A DNA stretch of 64,000 nt from an uncultured Acidobacteriota bacterium (GTDB taxonomy: Bacteria; Acidobacteriota; Thermoanaerobaculia; Gp7-AA8), in NCBI GenBank assembly GCA_963741955.1, contig CAVUKB010000005.1, forward strand, positions 256,001 through 320,000, in the 5' to 3' direction. A program made the position numbers and the translations under genes. Below are positions 1 to 11,180 of the stretch, in pieces. Positions within the stretch are counted from its first letter, which is position 1. Each line of letters starts with the position of its first letter. The notes beneath the pieces were generated by a model. That model ran no database searches. It was not told the DNA's origin and saw nothing but the letters and a program-made list of their open reading frames with translations.

Positions 1-1
1 C

Positions 2-694
2 GACCGTCCGACCGCGCCGTTCTTCGTCCGGCAGTTCGCAAACGTGGCCGGCTATGTTCTTCTCCCGCTCCTGATCGCGGTTCTCGGGAGTGACATCGTG
101 TCGGCGGAGAACAGCGAGGGAACGGACAAGCTGCTGCTGACGCGTCCACTCCGGCGGTGGAAGATCCTCACCTCGAAGGTCGGAGCCCTCTTTCTCTTCT
201 CCACTCTCACCCTCGTCTGCGGAGGAGTGCTCGCCACGGTGATCGGTTCGATCGCGCTCGAGCCACGCGGGTGGAGCGCTCCCGTATTCATCGGGTTCTG
301 GGGAGGGGGAGCGAAGCTCGACGTGGCGACGGTGAGACAGATTCCGCTCTGGCTCGACATCGTTCTCGCGTACGGCCTCGAGTGGTTCGCGCTCCTCTGC
401 GTCGCATCGGTCGCGCTGCTCCTTTCGGTTCTCTTCCGCTCGGGCGCGGCCTCGATCGGAACCATGCTCGCCACCCTGATCGGCGGCACGATTCTCACCC
501 GGGTGAGTCCGGACTGGGTGGCGGGAAAGTACCTCTTCGTGAGTGCACTTCCTCTCGCAGCCTACTTCGGCGGAGAGCCGCCTCCGTACGACGGCATGAG
601 TCTCGCGTTCTGTGTGAGTCTGCTCGGAGGATGGGCGGTGGTGACGCTCGCCCTCGCATATTTCGTCTTCACCCGGAGGGACGTCCTTGGCTGA
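2..694 (+). CDS. ABC-2 type transporter permease, 5' truncated by window edge
   Basis: Frame is open from base 2 (DRPTAPFFVRQFANVAGY...). Multiple TM segments, 'SAENSEGTDKLLLTRPLRRWKILTSK' ABC-2 permease motif, C-terminal 'FTRRDV'. Confidence 0.8.
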   Translation, partial: DRPTAPFFVRQFANVAGYVLLPLLIAVLGSDIVSAENSEGTDKLLLTRPLRRWKILTSKVGALFLFSTLTLVCGGVLATVIGSIALEPRGWSAPVFIGFWGGGAKLDVATVRQIPLWLDIVLAYGLEWFALLCVASVALLLSVLFRSGAASIGTMLATLIGGTILTRVSPDWVAGKYLFVSALPLAAYFGGEPPPYDGMSLAFCVSLLGGWAVVTLALAYFVFTRRDVLG

Positions 695-1259
695 CAATTA
701 CCGATTTCTGGCCCTCACTCTCCTCGTCTCCGTCGCCGTGGCATGCAGCCCTCAGGAGAAGACTCCTCCTCCCCACCCGACACGCGAGGCGATCGATTTC
801 CAGCGTGTGAACGTGGACAAAGCACCGATACACGCCGCGCCCGACGCGGCATCTCCGGTGATCGACCACTATCCTGCCGGAGAGACGGTGAGCATCCTTT
901 CGGTTCGAGGCGGATGGGCGGAGGTCCGGCTGGGCCGCGGCGGTTCGGGATGGATTCTCCGCGACCAGATGGGAGAGCAGGTGAAAACGAGTGAGGAGAG
1001 CTCGACCCCACAGTCGGTCCGTTTTCGCGTCCTCCCTCAACCGGTGTTCGCGCAGAGCGAAGTCCATGGCGACATCGTGCTCGAGGCCCACGTCAACGAG
1101 CAGGGGAATGTGTACGAGGTTCACGTGGTGAGCGACTCCACCGGATCGCCGGCGCTGGTCGACCAGAATATGAAGGAGCTCCGGGCGGCGAAGTTCTATC
1201 CGATGCGGGTCAACGGACGGGCGAAACCGTTCATCTACGAGCACACCGTCCATTACTGA
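687..1259 (+). CDS. Lipoprotein with bacterial SH3 domain and TonB C-terminal-like domain
   Basis: Lipobox-like VAVAC; SH3b-like 'GETVSILSVRGGWAEVR...GWI'; TonB_C-like 'GDIVLEAHVNEQGNVYEVHVV...AAKFYPMRVNGR'. Confidence 0.65.
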   Translation: MADNYRFLALTLLVSVAVACSPQEKTPPPHPTREAIDFQRVNVDKAPIHAAPDAASPVIDHYPAGETVSILSVRGGWAEVRLGRGGSGWILRDQMGEQVKTSEESSTPQSVRFRVLPQPVFAQSEVHGDIVLEAHVNEQGNVYEVHVVSDSTGSPALVDQNMKELRAAKFYPMRVNGRAKPFIYEHTVHY

Positions 1260-1452
1260 GATGCCCCCGCAACCGGTGCGGCGGAACCTCGACCGGATGG
1301 AAGCCTTCGCGCCGGAGAGGGTGTAAGAGAAGTCCGGGCTGGGGAATGAATCCATCTTCCCAGCGTTAGGAAGGCAGGCTCCCGGCAAACCCCGAGTACA
1401 CGAGCATCCCCCGCCCGAAACCGCGCTGGAGCCCCCGGAAGAGAATCGAACC

Positions 1453-3378
1453 ATGCCGTTTCGCCATGACATCCGCAACGTCGCGATCATCGCGCACGTC
1501 GATCACGGAAAGACCACGCTCGTCGACGCTCTGCTCAAGCAGAACGGCGCGATCCGCGCCAGCGCCAACGTCGAAGAGCGGATCATGGACTCCAATGATC
1601 TCGAGCGAGAGCGCGGGATCACCATTCTTTCCAAGAACACATCCGTTCGATACCAGGTCGACGCGGTGGACGCGCTCGGCCATCCGGTGCACCACGAAAC
1701 GGTCTCGACCCAGGAAGGGCATGCCCTCCCCGGCAACTTCGTCCATCCGGAAGAAGTGAAGATCAACATCGTCGACACACCGGGGCACGCCGATTTCGGC
1801 GGCGAGGTGGAGCGCGTTCTCTCGATGGTGGACGGAGTGATCCTGCTGGTCGACGCGGCGGAAGGACCGATGCCGCAGACCCGCTTCGTCCTTCGCAAAG
1901 CGCTCGTGCTCGGTCTTCTCCCGATCGTGGTGATCAACAAGATCGACCGCTCGGATGCACGCCCGCAGGAAGTGTTGAACGAAGTATTCGACCTGATGAT
2001 CGAGCTGGGCGCCTCCGACGAGCAACTCGACTTCCCCACCCTCTACGCCTCCGGCCGGGCGGGATACGTGCGACTCGATCCCGACGACGGAAACGAAGAC
2101 GTCCGGCCACTCCTCGACACGGTACTCAAGCGCATTCCCCCGCCGCGCGGGAACTCCTCTTCGAACCTGAAGCTGCTGATCAGCTCCATCGACTACAACG
2201 AGTACGTCGGGCGCCTCGGCATCGGCCGCATTCTCGAGGGAACGATCCGTCACAATGACGACGTGAGCCTGATTCTGCGTGATGGTGCGATCCGGAAGGG
2301 ACGGGTGGCGAAACTCACCGTCTTCGAAGGACTCAAGCGCGAAGAGGTCGAATCGGCGTCGGCCGGTGAGATCGTCGCCATCGCCGGTTTCGCCGACGTC
2401 GAGATCGGCGAGACGATCTCCAGTGCGACGAATCCGGAACGGATCGATCCGATCGCGATCGACGAGCCGACGGTCTCGATCTCGTGGATCGTCAACGACT
2501 CACCTTTCGCCGGCACCGAGGGAAAGTTCGTCACCTCGCGCCATCTGCGCGATCGTCTCGAACGAGAGACCCGCAAAGACGTCGCCCTGCGAGTCGGTGC
2601 GTCCGACTCAGCGGACCGGTTCGAGGTCAGCGGCCGCGGCGAGCTTCACCTGTCCATCCTCGCGGAGAACATGCGTCGCGAGGGATACGAGTTCGCGCTC
2701 TCTCGTCCTCAGGTGATCACGAAGATGGTCGAGGGGAAGCTGCACGAACCGTACGAAGCGGTCGTGGTCGACATCGAAGAGCAGCACCTCGGCGCGGTGA
2801 TGGAAAAACTCCAGGCCCGCCGCGGAGAGATGAGCGATATGGAGAACCCCGGTACCGGCCGGGTACGGGTGGAGTTCAAGGTACCGACCCGCGGCCTGTT
2901 CGGATTCCGCACCGAGTTCCTCACCGACACTCGCGGAACCGGGCTGATTTATCACACCTTCCTGGAGTACGGTCCTTTCAAGGGAGAGATCTCGACCCGT
3001 GGCCGTGGCGCGCTGGTCGCGAAAGAGGGCGGTGAAACGACCGCCTACGCTCTCGAACAGCTGCAGGAGCGCTCCACACTCTTCGTTCCTCCCGGGGTGA
3101 AAGTGTATGGCGGTCAAGTCGTCGGCGAGAACTCGCGCGACGTCGACATGGTCGTGCAGGCCTGTCGCAAGAAGCACCTCACGAACATGCGGGCATCCAC
3201 TTCCGACCTCGCAGTCCAGTTGGAGCCCCCTCGCATCATGACGCTCGAGCAGTGCCTCGAGTGGATCGATGACGATGAACTGCTCGAGGTGACTCCCGAA
3301 TCGATCCGGATCCGAAAGAAGATTCTCGACCACTCGCAGCGGAAAACGGCGTCGAAGAAGGTCCAGGAACTGGCCTGA
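1453..3378 (+). CDS. typA: Translational GTPase TypA/BipA
   Basis: [45 protein letters not shown]; C-terminal '[10 protein letters not shown]...[11 protein letters not shown]'. Confidence 0.97.
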   Translation: MPFRHDIRNVAIIAHVDHGKTTLVDALLKQNGAIRASANVEERIMDSNDLERERGITILSKNTSVRYQVDAVDALGHPVHHETVSTQEGHALPGNFVHPEEVKINIVDTPGHADFGGEVERVLSMVDGVILLVDAAEGPMPQTRFVLRKALVLGLLPIVVINKIDRSDARPQEVLNEVFDLMIELGASDEQLDFPTLYASGRAGYVRLDPDDGNEDVRPLLDTVLKRIPPPRGNSSSNLKLLISSIDYNEYVGRLGIGRILEGTIRHNDDVSLILRDGAIRKGRVAKLTVFEGLKREEVESASAGEIVAIAGFADVEIGETISSATNPERIDPIAIDEPTVSISWIVNDSPFAGTEGKFVTSRHLRDRLERETRKDVALRVGASDSADRFEVSGRGELHLSILAENMRREGYEFALSRPQVITKMVEGKLHEPYEAVVVDIEEQHLGAVMEKLQARRGEMSDMENPGTGRVRVEFKVPTRGLFGFRTEFLTDTRGTGLIYHTFLEYGPFKGEISTRGRGALVAKEGGETTAYALEQLQERSTLFVPPGVKVYGGQVVGENSRDVDMVVQACRKKHLTNMRASTSDLAVQLEPPRIMTLEQCLEWIDDDELLEVTPESIRIRKKILDHSQRKTASKKVQELA

Positions 3379-3425
3379 GCGCCGGACGTCGCCGTCGGGC
3401 TCTTCTGTTGACCCGCCGGCGTGGG

Positions 3426-6400
3426 TCAGTTCCCCGGCCTGCTGCCCTTCCGCCTCAGGAGGTTCTCCAGATCGGCCGCAGGGACCGGACGACTGAAGAG
3501 GTACCCCTGCATCTGGCGGCAGCGCTCGGCACGAAGAAACTCGCGCTGTTCGTCGGTCTCGACGCCTTCGGCGATCACCTCGAGCTGCAGTCCTCGAGCG
3601 ATCATGCAGATCGCACCGACCATCGCCGCGCCCACCGGAGAATGAATCTCCCGGAGGAAGATCTGATTCACCTTCACCGCATCGAGCGGGAACCGTTTCA
3701 GGAACTGCAGCGACGATTGGCCGGTGCCGAAATCGTCGATGGCGATCCGGACTCCGAGCTCTCGAAGCTGGTTCAGTGACGAGACCGTCCACTCCGGATT
3801 CTGCATCGCCGTCTCTTCCGTGATCTCCACCTCGAGGAAGCGCGGGGGGAGCCCCGTCTCGGCGAGGATCGCCGCGATCGACGGGACGAGTCCCCTCTGG
3901 TGGAATTGTCGCGCCGAAAGGTTCACCGCGATCCGGAGCTCCGACCATCCCGCCTTCTGCCATTTGCTCGTCTGCATGCACGCAGTCCGCAGCACGGATT
4001 CTCCGATTGCATGGATGATTCTCGCGTCCTCCGCCACGCCGAGGAAGTATTCGGGCTCGAGCAGGCCCTTCTCCGGATGATTCCACCGCACCAGAGCTTC
4101 GTTCCCCAGGATCTCGCCCGACTCGACGTCGAATCGCGGCTGATAGAAGACCGCGAACTCGTTCCGCTCGATCCCCCGGCGGAGACTCCGCTCGATGGAG
4201 AGGCGTTCCAGGGTTCGAACGTTGAGCGAAGGCGTGCAGAGCTGAAAGTTGTTCCGGCCGAGCTCCTTGGCGCGATACATCGCGTTGTCCGCGTTCTTCA
4301 GCAGCGTCTCCGCATCTTCACCGTCGGCCGGAAACAAGGCCACTCCGATGCTCGTCGTCGCGTGCAGTTCGTGGTTGTCGACGAAGATCGGCCGGGAGAT
4401 GGTCTCCAGCAGCTTCTGCGCGATGGCGGCGGCGTGATGGTCATCCCGCAGATCCGAGAGGAGGACGGTGAACTCGTCGCCTCCCATTCTCGCCACGGTG
4501 TCCTGCTCACGAAGAGCCCCTTTGAGGCAAGTCGCGACTTCCTGGAGGAAATGGTCTCCGACGCTGTGGCCGAACGTGTCGTTGATGTCCTTGAACTTGT
4601 CGAGATCGAGGAACATCACCGCCACTCGCGTGCCGAGACGCCGCGTATGCCGGAGGGCGACGGTCAGCCGGTCGCGAAACAGAAGCCGGTTCGGCAGTCC
4701 GGTGAGCGAATCGTGGTACGCCTGGTGCTCGATCTTTTCTTCGTCGAGCTTGCGTTGCGTGATGTCGCGCGAGACGGAGATGATCTCCTGAACCTCTCCA
4801 CTCTCGGGATGCCGGAGGGCCCGACTGGTGCTCTCGAACCAGACCCAGTCGCCGCTCTTCCTCCGGATCCGGCAGGTGAACGTCTTCGGCCGCTGTTCCG
4901 TTCGGATCATCTCCTTCGCCGCACGGACAGAGTCGAGATCCTCCGGGTGGACCAGCTCCGTGTCGTCCTTCCCGACCAGCTCTCCCGGCTCGTATCCAAG
5001 AAGAGGTTTCGAGGCTGGTGAGACATAGAGATACATCCCGTCCGGAGTCTGGCGGGAGATCATGTCCGTCGAGTACTCCGCCATCATCCGGTAGCGTTCT
5101 TCGCTCTCGCGCTGTTTCTCTTCCGCCCTCTTTCGATCGGAGATGTCGATCAGAGTTCCTTCCATCACATCGGGCTCTTCGCCGGCTCCCCGCAGGAGGC
5201 TGACGCTCTCCATCACCCACACCGGCGATCCGTCCTTCCGGCGGTAGCAGGCCTCGAGATTGGTCAACGATCCCCGTTCGACCAGCGCTCGAATCATCTC
5301 CTCGCGCTCGAGGTCGTCGAAGTAAACGTCGTCCGCCGAATGTTCGATGAAGTCTTCGATCGACGCGTAGCCGAAGATCCGGGCGCACGCCTCGTTGCAG
5401 TCGAGGATCTCACCACGCAGCGAGGTCCGGAACACGCCGGCGAGATTTCTCTCGAACAGCTGTCGCCAACGGGCCTCCGAGATCCGGAGGGCTGCTTCGG
5501 AGTGCTGCCGCGAGATGGCCGCGGCAAGAGTCTCGGCCGCAGTCCGCAGCGCGTCGGTCTCGGTCGATGCCCATTGCCTCTCCTCGAGGCAGTCGTCGAA
5601 TCCGATGAATCCCCACAGGTCGGACCCGACGAAGACTGGAACCACCGCAACGGAACGGATCTCCTGCGGCTCGAGGAGTCTCCTCTCGGACGTCGGAAAA
5701 TCGCGAACCCGTCCGTCGACGATCTTTCCGCGGGAAAGAAGATCGACCCATCGCGGGAAGTCTCTCGCCAGCGGAAGATTCTGCAGCGCGGGATTGGCGA
5801 TCTGCGCGCTGATCCCTTCAGCGGTCCATTCGTGAGTCTGGGAGAAGACGAAGTCAGCCACGGGGCCGACGCGCTCGAACACGTACACCCGCGACGCGGA
5901 CGCAGCCCGTCCGAGATGCATCAGCACCTCGTCGATCCTCTCGCGCCAGTCGCTGACCAGCAGAAAGTGCTCGGCAGCAATACTGACCGCTTCGAGAATC
6001 GCATCCTTCTTCCGGATCACTTCCTCGGCGCGCACCCGATCAGTCACGTCGCGGAAGCTCCAGACCCGCCCCACCGGACGACCGTCGAGTCTCTGTGCGC
6101 GCGAGAGGCGTTCGAACGTCCTCCCGTCGCGAAAATGAACCACGTCGAAACTATCCGCCTCCGGATCGTCGTACAGTCTTCGGATCGGCGCTACGAAGAG
6201 CTCCGGCTCGGCGAGCTCCCCGAGGACGCTTTCCATCACTTCCGATGCGGGTCGAGAGGCGAGATTCCCTTCGACGCGCCACATCTCGACGAACTGCTGG
6301 TTCCACAAGACCACTCGTCCGGCCGCGTCTACGACGAGAATTCCGTCCGCCGTCGACTCGAGTGTCGACTGGAGGAGGGAAACCGTCCGGCGGTAATCCT

Positions 6401-7539
6401 CCTCGGCTGCGGTACGTCCCGAGATGTCGCGGACGATCACCAGTGCGGCAGTCGATCCCTGATGCTGGAACGGGATCGCGGCCGCTTCCACGGGAAGCAT
6501 GTTGCCGTCGACGCGCAAGACGGTGCGCTCTCCGAGCGGCACACGCTTCCCCGCGATCACCTTCTCGACCAGCTCGGCCACGTTCGCCCGTTGCTCGGGA
6601 ACGACGAACTCGACGATGTCTCGCCCGAGGATCTCCTCGGCGCTCTTCGCACCGAGCATCGCCACACCCGATTCGTTGATGAACTCAGCTTTACCTTTGG
6701 CGATGATCGCGATGAGATCCGGCGAGAGATCCACCAGCCTCCGGTAGCGGTCTTTCGCTCTCGCGAAGGGCGAGCTCGACGCGGCGCCCTTCCGTCACGT
6801 CCCTCACGAGCACGAGGCGCGCGCGCCGACCATGAAACTCCATCTCGTACGCGACCGTCTCTGCCTCCAGAAGAGTGCCGTCCTTCTTCCGGTGAATCCA
6901 GATACCGGTTCGGGCGACTTCGGGCGAGACGCTTTGAACGTGCTGCTTCAGGCGCGGGACCTCACTCTCGGGACGGATCTGCTCGGTCGACATCCCGAGA
7001 AAGTCGTCTTTGGAGTAACCGTAATGTTCCACCGCGGCGCGATTCACGGCGAGGAAGCGAAGCGTCTCGATCTCGTAGATCCACATCGGCAGCGGGCCGT
7101 ACTCGAACACATCCTGGTAAGTCGCGTCGAGATGTGGCTCGCGCGCGGAACGGAGCGGCTCGGTCACGATCAGCGCACCGAACTTCTGCCCCGCGTCGTC
7201 GTCGAGCGGCGCCTTCCTCGCCCGGATCGGAATCAGATCCCCGCCCCTCGATCGCGCCATCACATCTGCGAACGAGCCCTCCGAACCGGAGAGTCCGAGA
7301 TCGGACTGGAGGAGCGAACGAAGAGGCGACGCGACCAGCTCTTCTTCCCCGTAACCGAGTCGCGCCGCAAGCCCGGGACTGATGTATCGAATCGTTCCTT
7401 CCGGATCGGTGAAGACGACTCCGCCATCCGTACGGATCCCGGCCCCACCGGATGCACCGGAAGAGGTGCGCTTCCCTCTGATGGTCACCGATCCGGACAC
7501 CTGCGGCTCCGCCCCCTTCGAGCTCCTTCCGTGAATCAC
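3426..7539 (-). pseudogene. Multi-PAS/GAF/GGDEF/EAL c-di-GMP signalling protein split by a 1-nt frameshift (possibly a sequencing error)
   Basis: ORF 6691-7539 (PAS domains) reads ...LRESE, then one extra A (run at 6753-6755). Removing it gives ESE-DRYRRLVDLSPD, continuous with ORF 3426-6734, which has PAS, GAF, GGDEF ('RMGGDEF') and EAL ('NEALVRW', 'DDFGTG'). Confidence 0.85.
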
Positions 7540-7631
7540 TCGAACCGCTGATACACGGGACTGTTCGACGTGTACGGATCATATCCCATTTCGTCGCGCA
7601 GGCAGGCCCGACGGCGCGACAGCGGCATCCC

Positions 7632-7647
7632 CGGCACTTCGGTTGCA
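7632..7647 (+). promoter_or_regulatory. Putative sigma54 (-24/-12) promoter
   Basis: CGGCACTTCGGTTGCA = GG-N10-GC with GGCAC and TTGC, just upstream of AGGAG RBS and ATG 7670. Confidence 0.55.
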
Positions 7648-7669
7648 GCACTCTGCGCAGGAGCGATCG

Positions 7670-8050
7670 ATGAGCAAAGACGACCCGAAAGAACGGCCGA
7701 AGGAGCCGCAGAGTTACGGAAGCAGGAAGGAGTGGAAAGAGGGAAAGACCGGAGAGGACGTACCACCCCCGGTCGCGCCCGACGATCGCGCAGAGGCGAA
7801 GCGCGAAGGATGGGATCAGGAATCGCAGTACAACCGCTGGTCCAGGCGCAGCGAGATCGTCGGTGAGGAGATCGGAACCGTCAGTTCCCCCGGAAACCTC
7901 GACGCGTACGACAGAGATCCGCAGTTCGACGATTCGTCCGTTGCACCGGTAGTGGGCACGGCGCGAAAGAACATTCCGGCGAATCTCCCCCAGTCCCGCC
8001 GGGATGGGTATTTCAAGACCCGCGACTATCCGGATAACGAGCGGAAGTAG
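7670..8050 (+). CDS. Hypothetical hydrophilic protein
   Basis: AGGAG RBS at 7659-7663, ATG 7670 (MSKDDPKERPKEPQ...); charged, probably disordered; no recognised domain. Confidence 0.55.
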   Translation: MSKDDPKERPKEPQSYGSRKEWKEGKTGEDVPPPVAPDDRAEAKREGWDQESQYNRWSRRSEIVGEEIGTVSSPGNLDAYDRDPQFDDSSVAPVVGTARKNIPANLPQSRRDGYFKTRDYPDNERK

Positions 8051-8210
8051 AGCGAACCACTCGGGGAGTCCCTTCGAGGGCGACGGCTCCGAGGAAACGT
8101 TCTGCAAAGACGCGCTAGGCGCGCATAATATTCTGTATAATAGGCTTGTAACAGAATAATATTCTCAGCTAGCGGCCTGTCGAAGAAGAAATGCGATCGA
8201 ACCGCTGCGC

Positions 8211-9332
8211 TCACCAGCCGCGCACGGGACGCCACTCGCCCACGAGCTCGCCGCCCGCGATCACGTGGTAGGCATCGAAGAGCGCGGCGGTGAGACAGGA
8301 GTGGTTCGGCACGATCCGCAGCCGGGTCCCGATCGGGTAGAGGTCGAAGTCGATCGGCCGCGTTCCCCGGATCTGCCCATGCTCCTGCGACAGCGAGAAG
8401 AGTCGCATCGGCAAGGGGCGAAGATTCGTATCCGCAACGATGCCGTATCCGAACTCGGGATCGAGCTCCAACGGTCCCGGATCCTTCGACATCGCCACCG
8501 CTCCGGCATCGACCACCAGCTTGTTCTGACCCGGATACGTACCGATGACGGTAGTCAGGACCGACGCGGCGCAATCGTCGAGAGTGCACGATCCGATGGT
8601 GGCCTGAAACGCATCGAAGAAGACGTAGTTCCCGGGGCGAACCTCGTCCGTGTTTTCGAATCGCGGAACGACCGACATGGTCGGCGTCGATCCAACGCTG
8701 CGCGTCACTCCTTCGACCCCTTCATCGCGCAGCCTGGAGGCGAAGCGAGTGACGCATTCCCCTTCTTCGCGCGCAATCTCGCGGATCTCGTCGGTCGAGC
8801 GCGCGTGGTACGAGTGTCCCGCGTGAGTGAGGACGCCCCGAAAACGCACCGCGGGTGACGCGGCGATCCGCTTCCCGAAAGCGATCGCTTCGTCTCCTTC
8901 CGCATCGATTCCCGTTCGATGGTCACCACAGTCGAGCTCCAGAAAAGCGTCGAACAGAGTCTTCTGAGCGGACGCGAACTCCTCGATCGCGTAAAGCACG
9001 GAAGGATCGTCCAGAAGAATCGAGACTCGCTCGACTCTTCCTGCGAGCGACGCGACGCGTCCGAGCTTCTCCGGCGCAATCGGCACCGCATACGTGATGT
9101 CGCGAAATCCGGCAGCGGCGAAGAAATCCGCCTCGGCGAGAGTCGAAACGGTGATCGGTCCGATTCCGCCGCCGTGCTGCATCCGCCCGATCTCGATCGT
9201 CTTGTGCGTCTTCACGTGAGGGCGGAAGACGACGTTGGAGCGGCTCGCCTTCTCGCGCATGGTCCGGCAGTTCCGTTCGACGCGATCACGGTCGACGAGA
9301 AAAGCCGGGGTCTGAAGATCCGAGAGCGTCAT
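8211..9332 (-). CDS. PLP-dependent alanine-racemase-fold enzyme (DSD1 / D-threonine aldolase family)
   Basis: RPHVKTHK PLP lysine motif, THAGHSY, EVRPGNYVFFD, SQEHG, PNHSC. Confidence 0.85.
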   Translation of the reverse strand: MTLSDLQTPAFLVDRDRVERNCRTMREKASRSNVVFRPHVKTHKTIEIGRMQHGGGIGPITVSTLAEADFFAAAGFRDITYAVPIAPEKLGRVASLAGRVERVSILLDDPSVLYAIEEFASAQKTLFDAFLELDCGDHRTGIDAEGDEAIAFGKRIAASPAVRFRGVLTHAGHSYHARSTDEIREIAREEGECVTRFASRLRDEGVEGVTRSVGSTPTMSVVPRFENTDEVRPGNYVFFDAFQATIGSCTLDDCAASVLTTVIGTYPGQNKLVVDAGAVAMSKDPGPLELDPEFGYGIVADTNLRPLPMRLFSLSQEHGQIRGTRPIDFDLYPIGTRLRIVPNHSCLTAALFDAYHVIAGGELVGEWRPVRGW

Positions 9333-9431
9333 TACGAAAAGGTATCACGGCCAATCGGCACTGTAGTCGGAAAGCTGCACGCCAAATCGTGGCAGGCTTG
9401 ACACCACCGGGGAATCCGGCAGACTCCCCTC

Positions 9432-11159
9432 GTGCCACTGACGATCGATCGCGCCGCTGAAACGGCGGAGCCGGCGTCCCGGTGCCGGATCACGGCGGCG
9501 GAAGTGGCCGCTCTTCTCGCGGTCGCCGCCGCCACCGCGTTCGCTCTCGCCCACTCATGGAACCGCTGGCTCGAACCGATCATCGACAGCGGTCGCGATC
9601 TTTACGTCCCCGGTGCGATCCTCCACGGAGCGAAGCTCTACTCCGACCTCCTCTACTTCTATCCTCCGACCACGCCGTACCTCCTGGCGCTGATCACATC
9701 CGTGATCGGCCGCAGCCTCGCAGCTTACACGGCGATCGGACTCGCGTCGGCGATCACTGCTGCGGCAGTCGCGTACGGCATCGCACGACAGGCGAGCGGC
9801 TGGACCTCCGCGGTCTCGATCACACTTCTATTCGTTTCGCTCAATCTGGCGGGGGCAACCACGTGGGGAGCCAACTGGATCTTTCCCTATGCCTACACCG
9901 CCACGTTCGCGATGACCTCGCTGCTCATCGCCGTACTCTTTCTCTACCGGTTCCTCTTCGTGACTCGAGCCAGCTCGACCGGCTGGCTGGCCATGCTGTT
10001 CGCACTTCTGTCGGCCACGATGAAGATCGAGTATGCAGCGGCCGTTGCGGCACTCCTCGCGGTGTCGCTGGTCGTCTATCGTCTGCCGCTCCGCTACGCC
10101 GCCGGAATGGTGCTCGCGGGGATCGCAGCGCTCATCCTCCTCTCGATCTATTTTCACGATCCCCGTCCGGGCCACGACTGGCTCCGCGACAACGTCCTCG
10201 CGAGCTCTCTCCTTTCCGGAACGACCTCGAGATTCTTCTACGGGAGCGTCTCGGGGACGGACCGATGGGCGTCGAATCTGCGCTCCTCCCTCATCGGGCT
10301 CCTGGAGATCTCCGCGATGGCCGGCACGATCGCCATGATCGACCGGATGCGCGTTCGTTCGCGCGCCGCGACTGCGGCACTCGCGATCGTCCTCGGCGCG
10401 CTCTTCTATTTCGGCGCGGGCGAACGGTTCTTCATGGCCTGGACGCTGATCATGATCGCGCTCGTACCGTTCGCGCTTCGTGAGTGGCGATCCTCTCCGC
10501 TCCTTCTGCTGCTGACCGTCTCACTCGCCACCGCAATCCGGATCATCTTCTTCCTCGGGCCGTGGTGGTACGGCTTCGTCCTCATCATCCCGACGTACCT
10601 TCTCATCGCATACGTTCTCTTTCACTACCTCCCGAGAATGAAAATCTACTCGGAGGGAGCAGCGAAGCTGTGGGTTCTCTTCTTCGCGCTGCTCGCCATC
10701 AATGGACTCGCCCGCGCGCTTCCGGCCTGGGCAGCGAAGAGCGAACCGGTGAACAGCCGGATGGGCACGTACTACGACTATCCATACCGCGCAGTTCCGA
10801 TCGAACAGTTCCTCCGCTGGATGGAGAACCGACCCGCCGGCGAAACGCTGGTGGTGATGCCGGAGGGGCTCACGCTGAATTACCTCAGCGGGCATCCGAC
10901 GAATCTTTCATACCAGACCTTCACTCCCATCGAGATCGCCGATCCCGAGATCGAAAAGCGCATCGTCGACGAGCTTCGCCAGCGAAGACCCGATCTCGTC
11001 GCGCTGGTGACTCGAGACGTTCGTGAATTCGGATACCGAGGATTCGGAATCGACTACGGCCGCCCGGTGATCGAGTTTCTTCGCCGGGAATACCGTCCGG
11101 TCGGGACCGCGAGCTCTCCCAGGTTTCGCATACTCGTGCTGCAGAGAAATGGCGGGTGA
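9432..11159 (+). CDS. Polytopic membrane protein, probable GT-C (ArnT/PMT-like) glycosyltransferase
   Basis: Many TM helices; 'DSGRDLY...LYSDLLYFYPP' first-loop motif; soluble C-terminal domain. Confidence 0.55.
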   Translation: MPLTIDRAAETAEPASRCRITAAEVAALLAVAAATAFALAHSWNRWLEPIIDSGRDLYVPGAILHGAKLYSDLLYFYPPTTPYLLALITSVIGRSLAAYTAIGLASAITAAAVAYGIARQASGWTSAVSITLLFVSLNLAGATTWGANWIFPYAYTATFAMTSLLIAVLFLYRFLFVTRASSTGWLAMLFALLSATMKIEYAAAVAALLAVSLVVYRLPLRYAAGMVLAGIAALILLSIYFHDPRPGHDWLRDNVLASSLLSGTTSRFFYGSVSGTDRWASNLRSSLIGLLEISAMAGTIAMIDRMRVRSRAATAALAIVLGALFYFGAGERFFMAWTLIMIALVPFALREWRSSPLLLLLTVSLATAIRIIFFLGPWWYGFVLIIPTYLLIAYVLFHYLPRMKIYSEGAAKLWVLFFALLAINGLARALPAWAAKSEPVNSRMGTYYDYPYRAVPIEQFLRWMENRPAGETLVVMPEGLTLNYLSGHPTNLSYQTFTPIEIADPEIEKRIVDELRQRRPDLVALVTRDVREFGYRGFGIDYGRPVIEFLRREYRPVGTASSPRFRILVLQRNGG

Positions 11160-11180
11160 CCCCCCGGCCGAACGTCCTCT

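Noticed and set aside
1260-1452. Possible ncRNA or tRNA upstream of typA
   Set aside because: Only one imperfect hairpin (GCTGGG...CCCAGC); no cloverleaf or recognisable riboswitch.
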